Source: Candidatus Staskawiczbacteria bacterium (GTDB lineage Bacteria > Patescibacteriota > Minisyncoccia > Minisyncoccales > Staskawiczbacteraceae). From it: a DNA stretch of 54,449 nt. The notes beneath the pieces were generated by a model. It had not been told where the DNA came from. It did not search any database and worked only from the letters and a program-made list of their open reading frames with translations. Each line of letters opens with the position of its first letter. The stretch's first letter is position 1. Position numbers and translations under genes: made by a program. This document shows positions 9,706 through 18,542 of this stretch, in pieces. The DNA lies in the NCBI GenBank assembly GCA_903835075.1, contig CAILLM010000005.1, forward strand, positions 1-54,449, read 5' to 3'.

Positions 9706-11424
9706 TTATCCTACTTCGTTTTGGTAACAAGTTTTACAATAAACAATTTCCGGGCGGTCTGGCGAATAGCTAGTTTCAAATTCATTAGTGCAACCTTCTT
9801 TCATGCAATGTCTGTGCCACAACTTAATTGGCGTACGTTGAGCCAACCTGGCAAAGTGACGACAATTTGGACAAAGATTTGGAATTGGTATTCCCATTTT
9901 TTTATAAAAATTTAGATCACTCGAAGTAATTTTAAAAGCTTCGGTGCATTGGTGATTGCATTTTCCTGCATGAGCGCAACCCACAACTTCTTTTAAAATT
10001 TCCTCTCCCACCCCCTCAATAGAATCGGGCACATCTTCTGCTTTTAATGTAATTGTATAATTTTTAGCAGAAAATTCTGCCCACCTATAGCCTTGTTTGG
10101 TTGCTTCTTCTTTTGTAATTGGAAAAAGTTCTTGCGCAATTGATTCGTTATATGCAAACCCATGAATCTCTAATGGAAAAGTTGAGCCATACCTCCATTC
10201 CCTACCCAAAGAATCAACATAGGGCATTTTATCCATGTGTTCAATAATTTTTGATACAAGTTCTTCGTATTCTTCTTTTGTGTATTGTTTGTTTAAGATG
10301 CAATATTGTTTTTTACGCAAACCAACGCAACCAAACAAATCTGATGAGCTATGACAATTTATACAATATTGTGCACGAATTAGTTGGTCCCAGCATTCGT
10401 TGGAAAAAGCAACAGAAGCACATTGTCTTCCAATGCTAGAACATTCATAAATAAGTTCTGAATTTTGCCCCCAATATGTATAATCCATTACATCTTTTCC
10501 ATCGGTAATTCCAAAAAGATATTTACCATCTTCAGCTTTTTCACAGTTAAACCCAAATTTTACATTTTTGCACTGTTCCAACCAATTACCAGAAATGTCT
10601 GTGCCGTGATTTTCAACCATCCAAGGAACAACATGCTTTAAAGAAAATTCTGTCATTTTCTTATGCATTTCTTCAACGCCTGCACGCGTTTTTGGCCAAA
10701 GAGTTTTAATTTTTTCTTTATATTCTTCTTTGGTATATTGCTCGTTAAAAATACAATAGTTTTTATTACGTAAATTTACGCATCCAAAACAATCTGTGCA
10801 GTTTTTGCAATTTAATAAAAACGCTGAATTTAAACAAGTATTGCATTCTCTTGAATAAATTAATCTGTTACAGCCGAAACAATCAACACAATCAAAACAT
10901 AATTCGCTAGAACGCAGGTTGTAGTTATCCATGCTATCTTTTGAATTCCATAGCGCTGTCCCATAAGAACAATTTTCATTTTTGTTAGCAGCAAACACCA
11001 AATAACAATCTTTATTATCACTAGCCCTATTAGTATATTCGCTGTTTACATTCGTCCCCTGCTGAATAATTCCCATTCTTGGTACTTTAAGAAATAAATC
11101 TTTAAACTGTTCAAAAAATGGTTTTGAAAAGTTATAATCTTTTTCATAAGATTGCCCATCCCACTTTTCAGACCACCAACAAGAATAACAATAAACAGTA
11201 TAGGGGCTATCAGGTGAGTATAATAAAATTTTGTCATTTCCACAAAGATTGCATTTTCTTTTGAAAAGTGACCGCTCGCCTCTCCACGCTAAACGTTTAA
11301 CCAACCTACATTCGGGACACCACGTTGGAGTAGGCACCTTCATTTTTTCGTAAAAGGCAAAGTCATCAACTTCAATTAAAAAGTCTTTCTTACAATTTTG
11401 ACATTCTTTACTTGCTTGTTCCAT
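9706..11424 (-). CDS. Cys-rich repeat protein with terminal zinc-ribbon-like CxxC pairs (paralog 1)
   Basis: CQNC/CPEC at N-term, CxxC/CFGC repeats, duplicated YCIxNxQYTKEEY, C-term CKTCY. Confidence 0.8.
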   Translation of the reverse strand: MEQASKECQNCKKDFLIEVDDFAFYEKMKVPTPTWCPECRLVKRLAWRGERSLFKRKCNLCGNDKILLYSPDSPYTVYCYSCWWSEKWDGQSYEKDYNFSKPFFEQFKDLFLKVPRMGIIQQGTNVNSEYTNRASDNKDCYLVFAANKNENCSYGTALWNSKDSMDNYNLRSSELCFDCVDCFGCNRLIYSRECNTCLNSAFLLNCKNCTDCFGCVNLRNKNYCIFNEQYTKEEYKEKIKTLWPKTRAGVEEMHKKMTEFSLKHVVPWMVENHGTDISGNWLEQCKNVKFGFNCEKAEDGKYLFGITDGKDVMDYTYWGQNSELIYECSSIGRQCASVAFSNECWDQLIRAQYCINCHSSSDLFGCVGLRKKQYCILNKQYTKEEYEELVSKIIEHMDKMPYVDSLGREWRYGSTFPLEIHGFAYNESIAQELFPITKEEATKQGYRWAEFSAKNYTITLKAEDVPDSIEGVGEEILKEVVGCAHAGKCNHQCTEAFKITSSDLNFYKKMGIPIPNLCPNCRHFARLAQRTPIKLWHRHCMKEGCTNEFETSYSPDRPEIVYCKTCYQNEVG

Positions 11425-11535
11425 ATTGTTTAATTCAATTATTTAATCCTACATCGTCTCGCCGAAGCTTTCAAGCGGAGGTGAGCGGCGCTAGGTTGAC
11501 ATCACTTCTCTGCGTTGATAGAATTAGGTAATTAG

Positions 11536-11606
11536 ACCGCTTAAGCGCTACCGCTTAAGCGGTCACCGAAAAGCGCTTAAGCGGTAGTCAAAAGCGCTTA
11601 AGCGGT
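11536..11606. repeat. array of four 14-bp palindromes ACCGCTTAAGCGGT (0-1 mismatch)
   Basis: Copies at 11536, 11550, 11572, 11593. Confidence 0.95.
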
Positions 11607-11647
11607 CCTTAAAATAAACGGATTTTCTAAAAAAAAATAACAAAAAA

Positions 11648-12358
11648 ATGAATAATAACGACTTTTTAACAATACAAGAATTTATTCAAAAATATGACGT
11701 TGCTGACATTAGAATCAGACGAAGAATTAGAAAGTACAAACTAGTTGACCCTCAAAAACTAGAGGGAAATTTAAGCGAAAGGCACGACAAAGGGGTCGGA
11801 AATATTATTCTTTTGAAAGAAAGTTTTTGGGTAAAAGAATTAGAAGCTGTAGCCAAAGAGACCGCTTATGCGCAACCGCTTAAGCGGTCAGACGAAAATG
11901 ACCAAAACCGCTTAAGCGGTACCCCCAACCGCAGAAGCGCCGAGTCTACCGACTATGCGGTCCCGCCAGAAACACCCGTACAAGCCGAACTTAACCGCTT
12001 AAGTGAAGCGGCATTGGCAGACAATCAAGTGGCTATTGATAAAGAATTTTTGGAGATATTGAAAGAAGACCGTGCTGAAAAAAAAGACTGGATTAAAAAA
12101 TATGATACCCTGCTGGTTGATTATAAAGCCAAAGATAATGAACTGGTGGAAAGAGAAAAGTTCTTGCAAGGTTTAATAGAAAAAGTAATTTCAGACGCCA
12201 GACACACAAAACAATTACTAGTGTCACAAATTCAGCACTTACAAAAACAACTTCACGCACCCAAAGAAGACCAGCCTTTCGGCGAAGCAGGAGAGGGGAC
12301 TGAATTTGAAAACGGCAACTTCACCGAAGCCGAAGAAAACAAGTCAATAAACGAATAA
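11648..12358 (+). CDS. putative DNA-binding protein: N-terminal HTH-like domain, repeat-encoded linker, coiled coil, acidic tail
   Basis: FLTIQEFIQKYDVADIRIRRRIRK resembles an excisionase/MerR-type HTH; heptad-rich second half; terminator follows. Confidence 0.65.
   Translation: MNNNDFLTIQEFIQKYDVADIRIRRRIRKYKLVDPQKLEGNLSERHDKGVGNIILLKESFWVKELEAVAKETAYAQPLKRSDENDQNRLSGTPNRRSAESTDYAVPPETPVQAELNRLSEAALADNQVAIDKEFLEILKEDRAEKKDWIKKYDTLLVDYKAKDNELVEREKFLQGLIEKVISDARHTKQLLVSQIQHLQKQLHAPKEDQPFGEAGEGTEFENGNFTEAEENKSINE
11861..12007. repeat. six intragenic copies of the 14-bp palindrome
   Basis: Perfect at 11875 and 11907; degenerate at 11861, 11928, 11948, 11994. Confidence 0.85.
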
Positions 12359-12372
12359 ATATTTATCCAAAC

Positions 12373-12398
12373 AAAAAAAGGGGACTAGCCCTTTTTTT
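12373..12398. terminator. bidirectional terminator
   Basis: A-tract, GGG/CCC stem, T-tract between convergent genes. Confidence 0.65.
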
Positions 12399-12425
12399 GT
12401 TATATACACACATTTAATCTATTTT

Positions 12426-12445
12426 AGGTTAACCATGGTTAACCT
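12426..12445. promoter_or_regulatory. perfect 20-bp palindrome AGGTTAACCATGGTTAACCT
   Basis: Read directly; shares a 16-bp core with 12678-12701. Confidence 0.75.
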
Positions 12446-12454
12446 GAGAAGTCC

Positions 12455-12640
12455 TTAATGTTTTATTATGGTTTTTAGTTTTTCTAAATCTATATCCTTT
12501 TTATAAATGATATAATCTCGTCCAATTTTTTGACCCAAAATTGAGCCCTGCCTTACTCTCTTAAAAACAGATATTCTACTGATGCCTAAAACTTTAGCCA
12601 GCTCCATTGTTGTATAATAATCTTTTTCTTTTATCTTCAT
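12455..12640 (-). CDS. small excisionase-like helix-turn-helix protein (HTH_17 type)
   Basis: YYTTMELAKVLGISRISVFKRVRQGSILGQKIGRDYII. Confidence 0.85.
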   Translation of the reverse strand: MKIKEKDYYTTMELAKVLGISRISVFKRVRQGSILGQKIGRDYIIYKKDIDLEKLKTIIKH

Positions 12641-12677
12641 TCTTTTAACCTTTAATATATTTATATTCTCTCACGCT

Positions 12678-12701
12678 TCAAGTTAACCATGGTTAACTTG
12701 A
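12678..12701. promoter_or_regulatory. perfect 24-bp palindrome TCAAGTTAACCATGGTTAACTTGA (operator-like)
   Basis: 37 bp upstream of the HTH gene start. Confidence 0.75.
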
Positions 12702-12732
12702 GTTTATTATACTATATTTTATCTATTTTAAC

Positions 12733-12761
12733 AAAAAGACCTACTGATTAGCAGGCCTTTT
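12733..12761 (-). terminator. terminator after comM
   Basis: AAAAAGACCTACT-GATT-AGCAGGCCTTTT, pairs with G-U on minus strand. Confidence 0.55.
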
Positions 12762-12765
12762 ATAT

Positions 12766-12793
12766 AATGCTTAAGCGCTACCGCTTAAGCGGT
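12766..12793. repeat. tandem pair of 14-bp palindromes overlapping the comM stop codon
   Basis: AATGCTTAAGCGCT-ACCGCTTAAGCGGT. Confidence 0.9.
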
Positions 12794-14320
12794 TTCAAAG
12801 TTTTTTGGAGAATATTGTAAGGCTTCGGCCATGTGGGGGACTGCAATTTCATCGACGCCATCTAAATCAGCAATTGTGCGCGCCACTTTTATCATTTTCA
12901 TATAGCTTCTTGCAGACAAGTTAAATTTTAAACTAGCTTGCCGTAATATTGCCTCAACATCTTTGGCCAGTTTGCAATATTTTTTAATGTGGCTATTTTT
13001 CATTTGGCTGTTTGAGCAAATGGTTTCTGTTGCAAAACGTGCTTCTTGTTTTTGTCTGGCCTGCATTACTCTTTTTCTTATTTTATCAGAAGCCTCTAAA
13101 AATTCAGAATTTTTTTGGTTATCCTCAAACTCAGTTGCGTCAACTGGCATAACAGAAATGTGTAAATCAATTCTATCTAAAATTGGCCCTGAAATTCTTT
13201 TTTGATATTTTTGAATTTGGTTTTGGCTACAGTTACAACTCTTTTTTGGGTGAAGTGCATATCCGCAAGGGCAGGGGTTGGCACTAGCTACCAACATAAA
13301 ATCAGCAGGGTAGGTGATGCGTTGCCTACTTCGCGATATTGTTAAATAACCATCTTCTAATGGTTGGCGAAGTGCTTCCATAATTGTACGGGGAAATTCA
13401 TTGAACTCATCTAAAAATAAAACTCCTCTGTGTGCCAAACTTATTTCACCAGGTTGTGGCTTTGAGCCACCGCCAACTAACCCAGCCAAAGAAGCTGTGT
13501 GATGTGGCGCACGAAACTGTCTGTTTGTGATTAGGCTTCCACCAGGTGGGATTCCACCAGAAGCTGAATAAATTTTTGTTACTTCCAAACTTTCTACATC
13601 ATTTAGTGGTGGCAAAATGCCTGGTAGGGCACGCGCCAACATCGTTTTTCCAGAACCAGGAGAGCCAATCATAATTATATTATGCCCACCAGCTGCTGCA
13701 ATTTCCATTGCTCTTTTTGCTTGCTCTTGCCCCAAGACTTCTTTCATATCAAATTCAACAATAGATTTTTTATCATCTTTAACGGCCTTATAAATAATGG
13801 GAAAAATTTCTTCTTGTCCCAAAAAATGTCTACACAATTGCCCAATGTCTTCAACTGGAAAAACTTTTACTCCTTTTATGGCGGCAGCCTCATTTGCGGA
13901 GTCTTTGGGTACATACAAATTTGTGTACCCAGATTCTTTTGCAAAAAGTGCCATTAAAAAAGCGCCCTTGGTGTGACGCAAACTTCCATCGAAAGATAAT
14001 TCTCCTAAAAATAATGACTTTTGTGGAATGGGAAATTCTAACACACTACTTAAAATTCCCAGGGCAATTGGTAAATCATACATTGAGCCCTCTTTTGGCA
14101 CATCAGCTGGCGCCATGTTTACAGTAATTTTTTTAGCAGGAAAATCAACATCACTGCTTTGTATGGCTGTGCGCACCCTTTCTTTGCTTTCATCAACTGC
14201 TTTACCAGCCAATCCCACAATTTCAAACCCTGGCAAACCTTTGTTAGCTAAATTAATTTCAATATCAACCTTTATTGTTTCCAACCCCAAGTTAACTATT
14301 GATGGCACTTTAATAAGCAT
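12785..14320 (-). CDS. comM: YifB/ComM Mg-chelatase-like AAA+ ATPase
   Basis: ITVNMAPADVPKEG, Walker A GSPGSGKT, PGEISLAHRGVLFLDE, NPCPCG, LSARSY. Confidence 0.95.
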   Translation of the reverse strand: MLIKVPSIVNLGLETIKVDIEINLANKGLPGFEIVGLAGKAVDESKERVRTAIQSSDVDFPAKKITVNMAPADVPKEGSMYDLPIALGILSSVLEFPIPQKSLFLGELSFDGSLRHTKGAFLMALFAKESGYTNLYVPKDSANEAAAIKGVKVFPVEDIGQLCRHFLGQEEIFPIIYKAVKDDKKSIVEFDMKEVLGQEQAKRAMEIAAAGGHNIIMIGSPGSGKTMLARALPGILPPLNDVESLEVTKIYSASGGIPPGGSLITNRQFRAPHHTASLAGLVGGGSKPQPGEISLAHRGVLFLDEFNEFPRTIMEALRQPLEDGYLTISRSRQRITYPADFMLVASANPCPCGYALHPKKSCNCSQNQIQKYQKRISGPILDRIDLHISVMPVDATEFEDNQKNSEFLEASDKIRKRVMQARQKQEARFATETICSNSQMKNSHIKKYCKLAKDVEAILRQASLKFNLSARSYMKMIKVARTIADLDGVDEIAVPHMAEALQYSPKNFETA

Positions 14321-14333
14321 ATTTTTTATACTT

Positions 14334-14361
14334 ACCGCTTAAGCGCTACCGCCTATGCGGT
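14334..14361. repeat. tandem pair of 14-bp palindromes upstream of comM
   Basis: ACCGCTTAAGCGCT-ACCGCCTATGCGGT, 13 bp from the start codon. Confidence 0.9.
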
Positions 14362-14391
14362 TATTTATTAATTTTATTTTTAAATAAATTT

Positions 14392-16101
14392 TTATGCAAC
14401 TTCTGCGTTATAACATTGCTCGCAATAAATAATTTCTGGCCTGGTGGGGGAGTAAGAAGATTGAATTTCTTTTGAACATTTTGCACATTGGCGATTCCAC
14501 AATTTGAATGGCGTACGTTGATGCAATCTGTTGTAGTGTCTGCAATTTGAGCATAGTCTTGGCAATGGCAAATTCATTGCACGGTAAAAAGCAAGTTCTG
14601 ATGGAATAATTTTAAAAGCTCCTGTGCATTGTTCGTTGCAATTACCCGCATGCTCGCAGGCTATAACTTGATTTAAAATGTCATCAGAAACATCTTTTAT
14701 ATGGTCGGGTAAATCAGCCGACTGAATTGTAATTTTATACTGCTTAACATCGGGCTCACGCCAATTAAATCCTTCTTCTAAAATTTCTTGTTTTGTTTTT
14801 GTGTAATATTCTTGCGCTATTGTTTCATTGTAGGCAAAGGGCGAAAGATCAGCAGGAAAAAATTCTCCATATTTGTATGTTCTTCCTTTTTTATCTACAT
14901 ACGGCATTTCATTCATTTGCTCAATAATTTTTGCTCTTAAAATTTCGTATTCTTCTTTTGTATATTGCTTGTTTAAAATACAATACTGTTTACTTCGCAA
15001 CCCCACACATCCAAATAAATCTTTTGAATTTTTGCAGGCATAAGTGTAATCAGTATTTTGGCAAGAATGAGTAAAAATAGAAAAAAGATTACGGGTGGCA
15101 TTGTCTCCCGTGTCTACAACCTCGTAAGAATTATTAAAATTTGCGCCGGCACCATAAGCATCATAAATATTGTTCATTTCCGCCGCATGAATGACATATT
15201 TACAATCTTCAACATCATTAAATATGTCAAAACCCATAAATATATTTTTAGAGTTCATAACGTTACCTCCTATAACATTTGCAGATTTATGGATAAATCC
15301 ATATCGTCTCGGATACTGTTTTATAAATTCAGCGAACCTTTTTCTAAAATCGCAAAGAACCTTATAACTACCAAAATCATATTTTGCCCTCTCTTTTGCA
15401 TAATCTTCTTTGGTATATTGTTCATTAAAAATGCAGTTTGATTTATTACGTAAATTTATGCAACCCAAAGAATCCATCATATTTTTGCAAGCATGAAGAA
15501 ACGAGCAGTTAACACTTTCGTCGCTGTCATAAGAGAAAAAAACATGATTTAAGCTTGAGCACAAGGTATTGTTATAACAATGAGTTTGATTAATCGCTTT
15601 ATAGAGGTCAAGGGAATTTTTACATTCCATAGCTCCAGCACAATATGACAAATCTTCACTTCTTAAGCTGGCATAAAAAAGATAACAATCCTTCATATCG
15701 AGGCTGTGGTTGCCGTACTCAGAATTTATACAATTAGAATTTGCCAAATTGGGTAAGGGTGCTTCTTCAAATAGTTCACGAAACTGCTGGAAGAAAGTTT
15801 TTGAAAAATCATACTCACGCTCAACCGCAAGTTGATCCCATTTGTCTGACCACCAATAATCTCTTTCATAAACAACTAGCGGTTGTTCGGGCGCAAACAT
15901 TGTAATAATATCTTTGCCAGTTGCATCACATTTTCTTTTATATAATGTGCGCTCATTTCTCCAATTCATTCGCCTAATTATTCTGCAGTCTGGGCAAAAG
16001 GTTGGTGCGGGCACCTTCATTTTTTCATAAAAATCAAAATCCTCGGCCTCTATTACAAAGTCTTTTTTACAATTTTGGCACACTTTATTTTCTTGTTCCA
16101 T
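14392..16101 (-). CDS. Cys-rich repeat protein with terminal zinc-ribbon-like CxxC pairs (paralog 2)
   Basis: Colinear with 9706-11424: CQNCKKDF, WWSDKWD, LFGCVGLR, CEHAGNCNEQC, CEQCY. Confidence 0.8.
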   Translation of the reverse strand: MEQENKVCQNCKKDFVIEAEDFDFYEKMKVPAPTFCPDCRIIRRMNWRNERTLYKRKCDATGKDIITMFAPEQPLVVYERDYWWSDKWDQLAVEREYDFSKTFFQQFRELFEEAPLPNLANSNCINSEYGNHSLDMKDCYLFYASLRSEDLSYCAGAMECKNSLDLYKAINQTHCYNNTLCSSLNHVFFSYDSDESVNCSFLHACKNMMDSLGCINLRNKSNCIFNEQYTKEDYAKERAKYDFGSYKVLCDFRKRFAEFIKQYPRRYGFIHKSANVIGGNVMNSKNIFMGFDIFNDVEDCKYVIHAAEMNNIYDAYGAGANFNNSYEVVDTGDNATRNLFSIFTHSCQNTDYTYACKNSKDLFGCVGLRSKQYCILNKQYTKEEYEILRAKIIEQMNEMPYVDKKGRTYKYGEFFPADLSPFAYNETIAQEYYTKTKQEILEEGFNWREPDVKQYKITIQSADLPDHIKDVSDDILNQVIACEHAGNCNEQCTGAFKIIPSELAFYRAMNLPLPRLCSNCRHYNRLHQRTPFKLWNRQCAKCSKEIQSSYSPTRPEIIYCEQCYNAEVA

Positions 16102-16137
16102 AATTTAAATTTATTTTTGAATTATAGCACAGTTAAA

Positions 16138-17031
16138 TTAGTTGAGGTAATATTTCCCATTATCTAAATTTATAAAACCCTTCAATTGCATAAGCGATAG
16201 GGAAGTGCCCAACTTGGCAACGGGAACCGAAAACAACCGCGCCATTTCGTCGGCTTTTAATGGCTCACGTTTTAATTGCTCAATAATTTTTTGTTCTAAA
16301 TTATCACCAGTATTTGCTGTAACTTTAGACTTGGCAGGTATCAATGTTTTTTGAGCTCCTGGTAAAACTTTAAAAAAATCTAAAATATCTTTTGCTTCGG
16401 TCACTGGGTATGCGCCCTCTTTAATAAGTTTAATTGTTCCTTTTGAAACTTCGCTTGTAATAGGTCCAGGAAGTGCAAAAATCTTTTTGCCAAATTTTGT
16501 GGCGTAACTAGCTGTAATTAAAGAGCCGGACTCTAAGGCAGCTTCTGTAACTAAAACTGCTTTTGATAATCCGGCTACAATTCTGTCCCTTTGAACATAG
16601 GTAAAAATTTGTGGTTGGGTTTTGCCCTCGTACTCAGAAATAATCAAGCCACCTGTGTCTAAAATTTCTTCATAAAGTTTTTTCTGGCTTGCTGGGTGAA
16701 TTAAATCAATTCCGCAAGGCATTACAGCAATAGTTTTTCCGCCACACTTAACTGCTGCAGAATGAGCTGCTTCATCGCCCCCATACATAAACCCCGAAAC
16801 AATTGTAACTCCTGCTGCAGCAACTTCTGTTACTAGCTGTTCGGTGGCTTTTCGGCCGTAATATGTTAAGTGGCGCGACCCAACAACAGACAAACAGTTT
16901 CTGAAAATATCTGGACTCCAATTACCTTTGTAATATAATTTTTTAGGCCCCAAACTTGCGCCAATTTTTTTCAATGCTTCTTTTAAAACTTTAGGATATT
17001 TATCACTATTGACCTCAACGACTTCTGCCAT
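16138..17031 (-). CDS. dprA: DNA processing protein DprA
   Basis: SVVGSR, IVSGFMYGGD, RDRIVAGLS, SGSLITA, ALPGPI, C-terminal winged helix. Confidence 0.94.
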   Translation of the reverse strand: MAEVVEVNSDKYPKVLKEALKKIGASLGPKKLYYKGNWSPDIFRNCLSVVGSRHLTYYGRKATEQLVTEVAAAGVTIVSGFMYGGDEAAHSAAVKCGGKTIAVMPCGIDLIHPASQKKLYEEILDTGGLIISEYEGKTQPQIFTYVQRDRIVAGLSKAVLVTEAALESGSLITASYATKFGKKIFALPGPITSEVSKGTIKLIKEGAYPVTEAKDILDFFKVLPGAQKTLIPAKSKVTANTGDNLEQKIIEQLKREPLKADEMARLFSVPVAKLGTSLSLMQLKGFINLDNGKYYLN

Positions 17032-17067
17032 TGTTATTTACATAGTTACTACACACTTTTAAACAAC

Positions 17068-17076
17068 TTATCCACA
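17068..17076 (+). promoter_or_regulatory. DnaA box
   Basis: Perfect TTATCCACA upstream of dprA. Confidence 0.45.
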
Positions 17077-17082
17077 ATACAA

Positions 17083-18036
17083 CTATTTTGTAGGAACTGA
17101 CAAATTTACATTATTGTAAATTTGGTAGAGTTGTTTGTCGATAGTTCTTTCAAAACAAATTCTACCAATTGCATGTGTCCAATTTTGATCTGTGCCAGGG
17201 ACAATAGGGTAGGCAACACTTGGTAAATTCTTTGGAGTTATTTTATTAAATGTGGCACACAATTCAAAAGATAATATTTTAGCGTCTTTTACGTTATATT
17301 CATAGGATGCTTTTGTTTGAGGATCAACCGGCACCGCATAGCTAGAGATAGGATCACTTAAATCTGATAATGTATTTGGTAAAACTCCCTTCCTTTGGTA
17401 ATAATTTACTACTTGTCCTTGGATACCCTGCAAATCAGAAACCTTTTGTTGATCAAATTGAATTAATCTTGCTGAGCTTGGTGAGCCCACAACAATAAAT
17501 GCACCAACAATAACTGCTAAAACCAAGATGCTTGTTACCCATGCAAAATATTTTCCAGCATTAGTTGGAGTTTCGCGCCTAACATCATCTAAATAATAAC
17601 CAAAAATAATTCCTGCAACTAAAATTATTGATAACGCTTTTAAGATAAATCTTGTTGTTACTTCTCCGCCCAAAAGGCTGTTAATAACAAAAATTAAGTC
17701 TCCAATAATTACTAAAGAAGCAACAAAAAGAGTTAAATAAATTAACCACTTTCTTATTTTTGATTCTCTAACCTCTGACTCTCTTCTATATATTTTGTTT
17801 AAATACCACGACACCACAATAAAAACAGGGAAGACAATTATAATTGCCGACACTGAAAATCTTATCAAAGACAAAGAAGCATTAGCTGAATAATAATTTA
17901 GTGCATCGGGAAACCAATTGTTTATAAGTTGCCAAATTAAAGTGACAAAACTTATTGCTGACCAATAAAGAGTAACAATTGCCAAAAGATGTAAAAACAA
18001 ATCTCTTGGAATGTTTCGTTTAATTTCTTGTTCCAT
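17083..18036 (-). CDS. DUF5671-like membrane protein
   Basis: Multiple TMs, IRKWLIYLTLF, C-terminal DPQT..YEY..FELCATF pilin-like domain. Confidence 0.7.
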   Translation of the reverse strand: MEQEIKRNIPRDLFLHLLAIVTLYWSAISFVTLIWQLINNWFPDALNYYSANASLSLIRFSVSAIIIVFPVFIVVSWYLNKIYRRESEVRESKIRKWLIYLTLFVASLVIIGDLIFVINSLLGGEVTTRFILKALSIILVAGIIFGYYLDDVRRETPTNAGKYFAWVTSILVLAVIVGAFIVVGSPSSARLIQFDQQKVSDLQGIQGQVVNYYQRKGVLPNTLSDLSDPISSYAVPVDPQTKASYEYNVKDAKILSFELCATFNKITPKNLPSVAYPIVPGTDQNWTHAIGRICFERTIDKQLYQIYNNVNLSVPTK

Positions 18037-18064
18037 ATTTTAAAAATTTTTAATTGTAAATTTT

Positions 18065-18514
18065 TTATCCTTGGTCCTTTATATAAAATTTCTCCTTTAG
18101 ATAATTTTCTATAACAAGAAAACTTGGAAAATACCTTGGATAGGGCAGGTCTTTTATATCAAACCATTCCCATTTGATAATTTCGTCCGGCTCCATAACT
18201 TCTGCTTCGCCTTCCCATTCTTGTGCAATAACGCCAGCCGTTAAAAAATGCGCATGTTCATTTTTGCAATTATGCATTGAAATCACTTCGGGATTTTTTA
18301 TAACAATTCCTGTTTCTTCAAGAACTTCGCGTGCTGCACATTCTTCGAGAGTTTCACCAAAATCAAGCTTACCACCAGGCAAGCACCATTCGCCAGCGCT
18401 CCTAAAAGCTGAATCTGCTTTATCGGGGTCGGGATGTCTCATGCCCAATAAAATTTTCCCATCTTTTTCTAATATTACACCCAAGCCCGCACCAACTCTC
18501 TTTTTTTCTTCCAT
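18065..18514 (-). CDS. NUDIX hydrolase
   Basis: Nudix box GGKLDFGETLEECAAREVLEETG. Confidence 0.93.
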   Translation of the reverse strand: MEEKKRVGAGLGVILEKDGKILLGMRHPDPDKADSAFRSAGEWCLPGGKLDFGETLEECAAREVLEETGIVIKNPEVISMHNCKNEHAHFLTAGVIAQEWEGEAEVMEPDEIIKWEWFDIKDLPYPRYFPSFLVIENYLKEKFYIKDQG

Positions 18515-18542
18515 AATTTTATTTTTTAATTTTACTACTATT

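Noticed and set aside
11536-11606. CRISPR-like mini array
   Set aside because: Units are 14 bp with 0-8 bp gaps; no spacer-sized unique sequences
9706-16101. Diversity-generating retroelement template/variable repeat pair
   Set aside because: The paralogs differ throughout rather than at adenines only; no reverse transcriptase in the window
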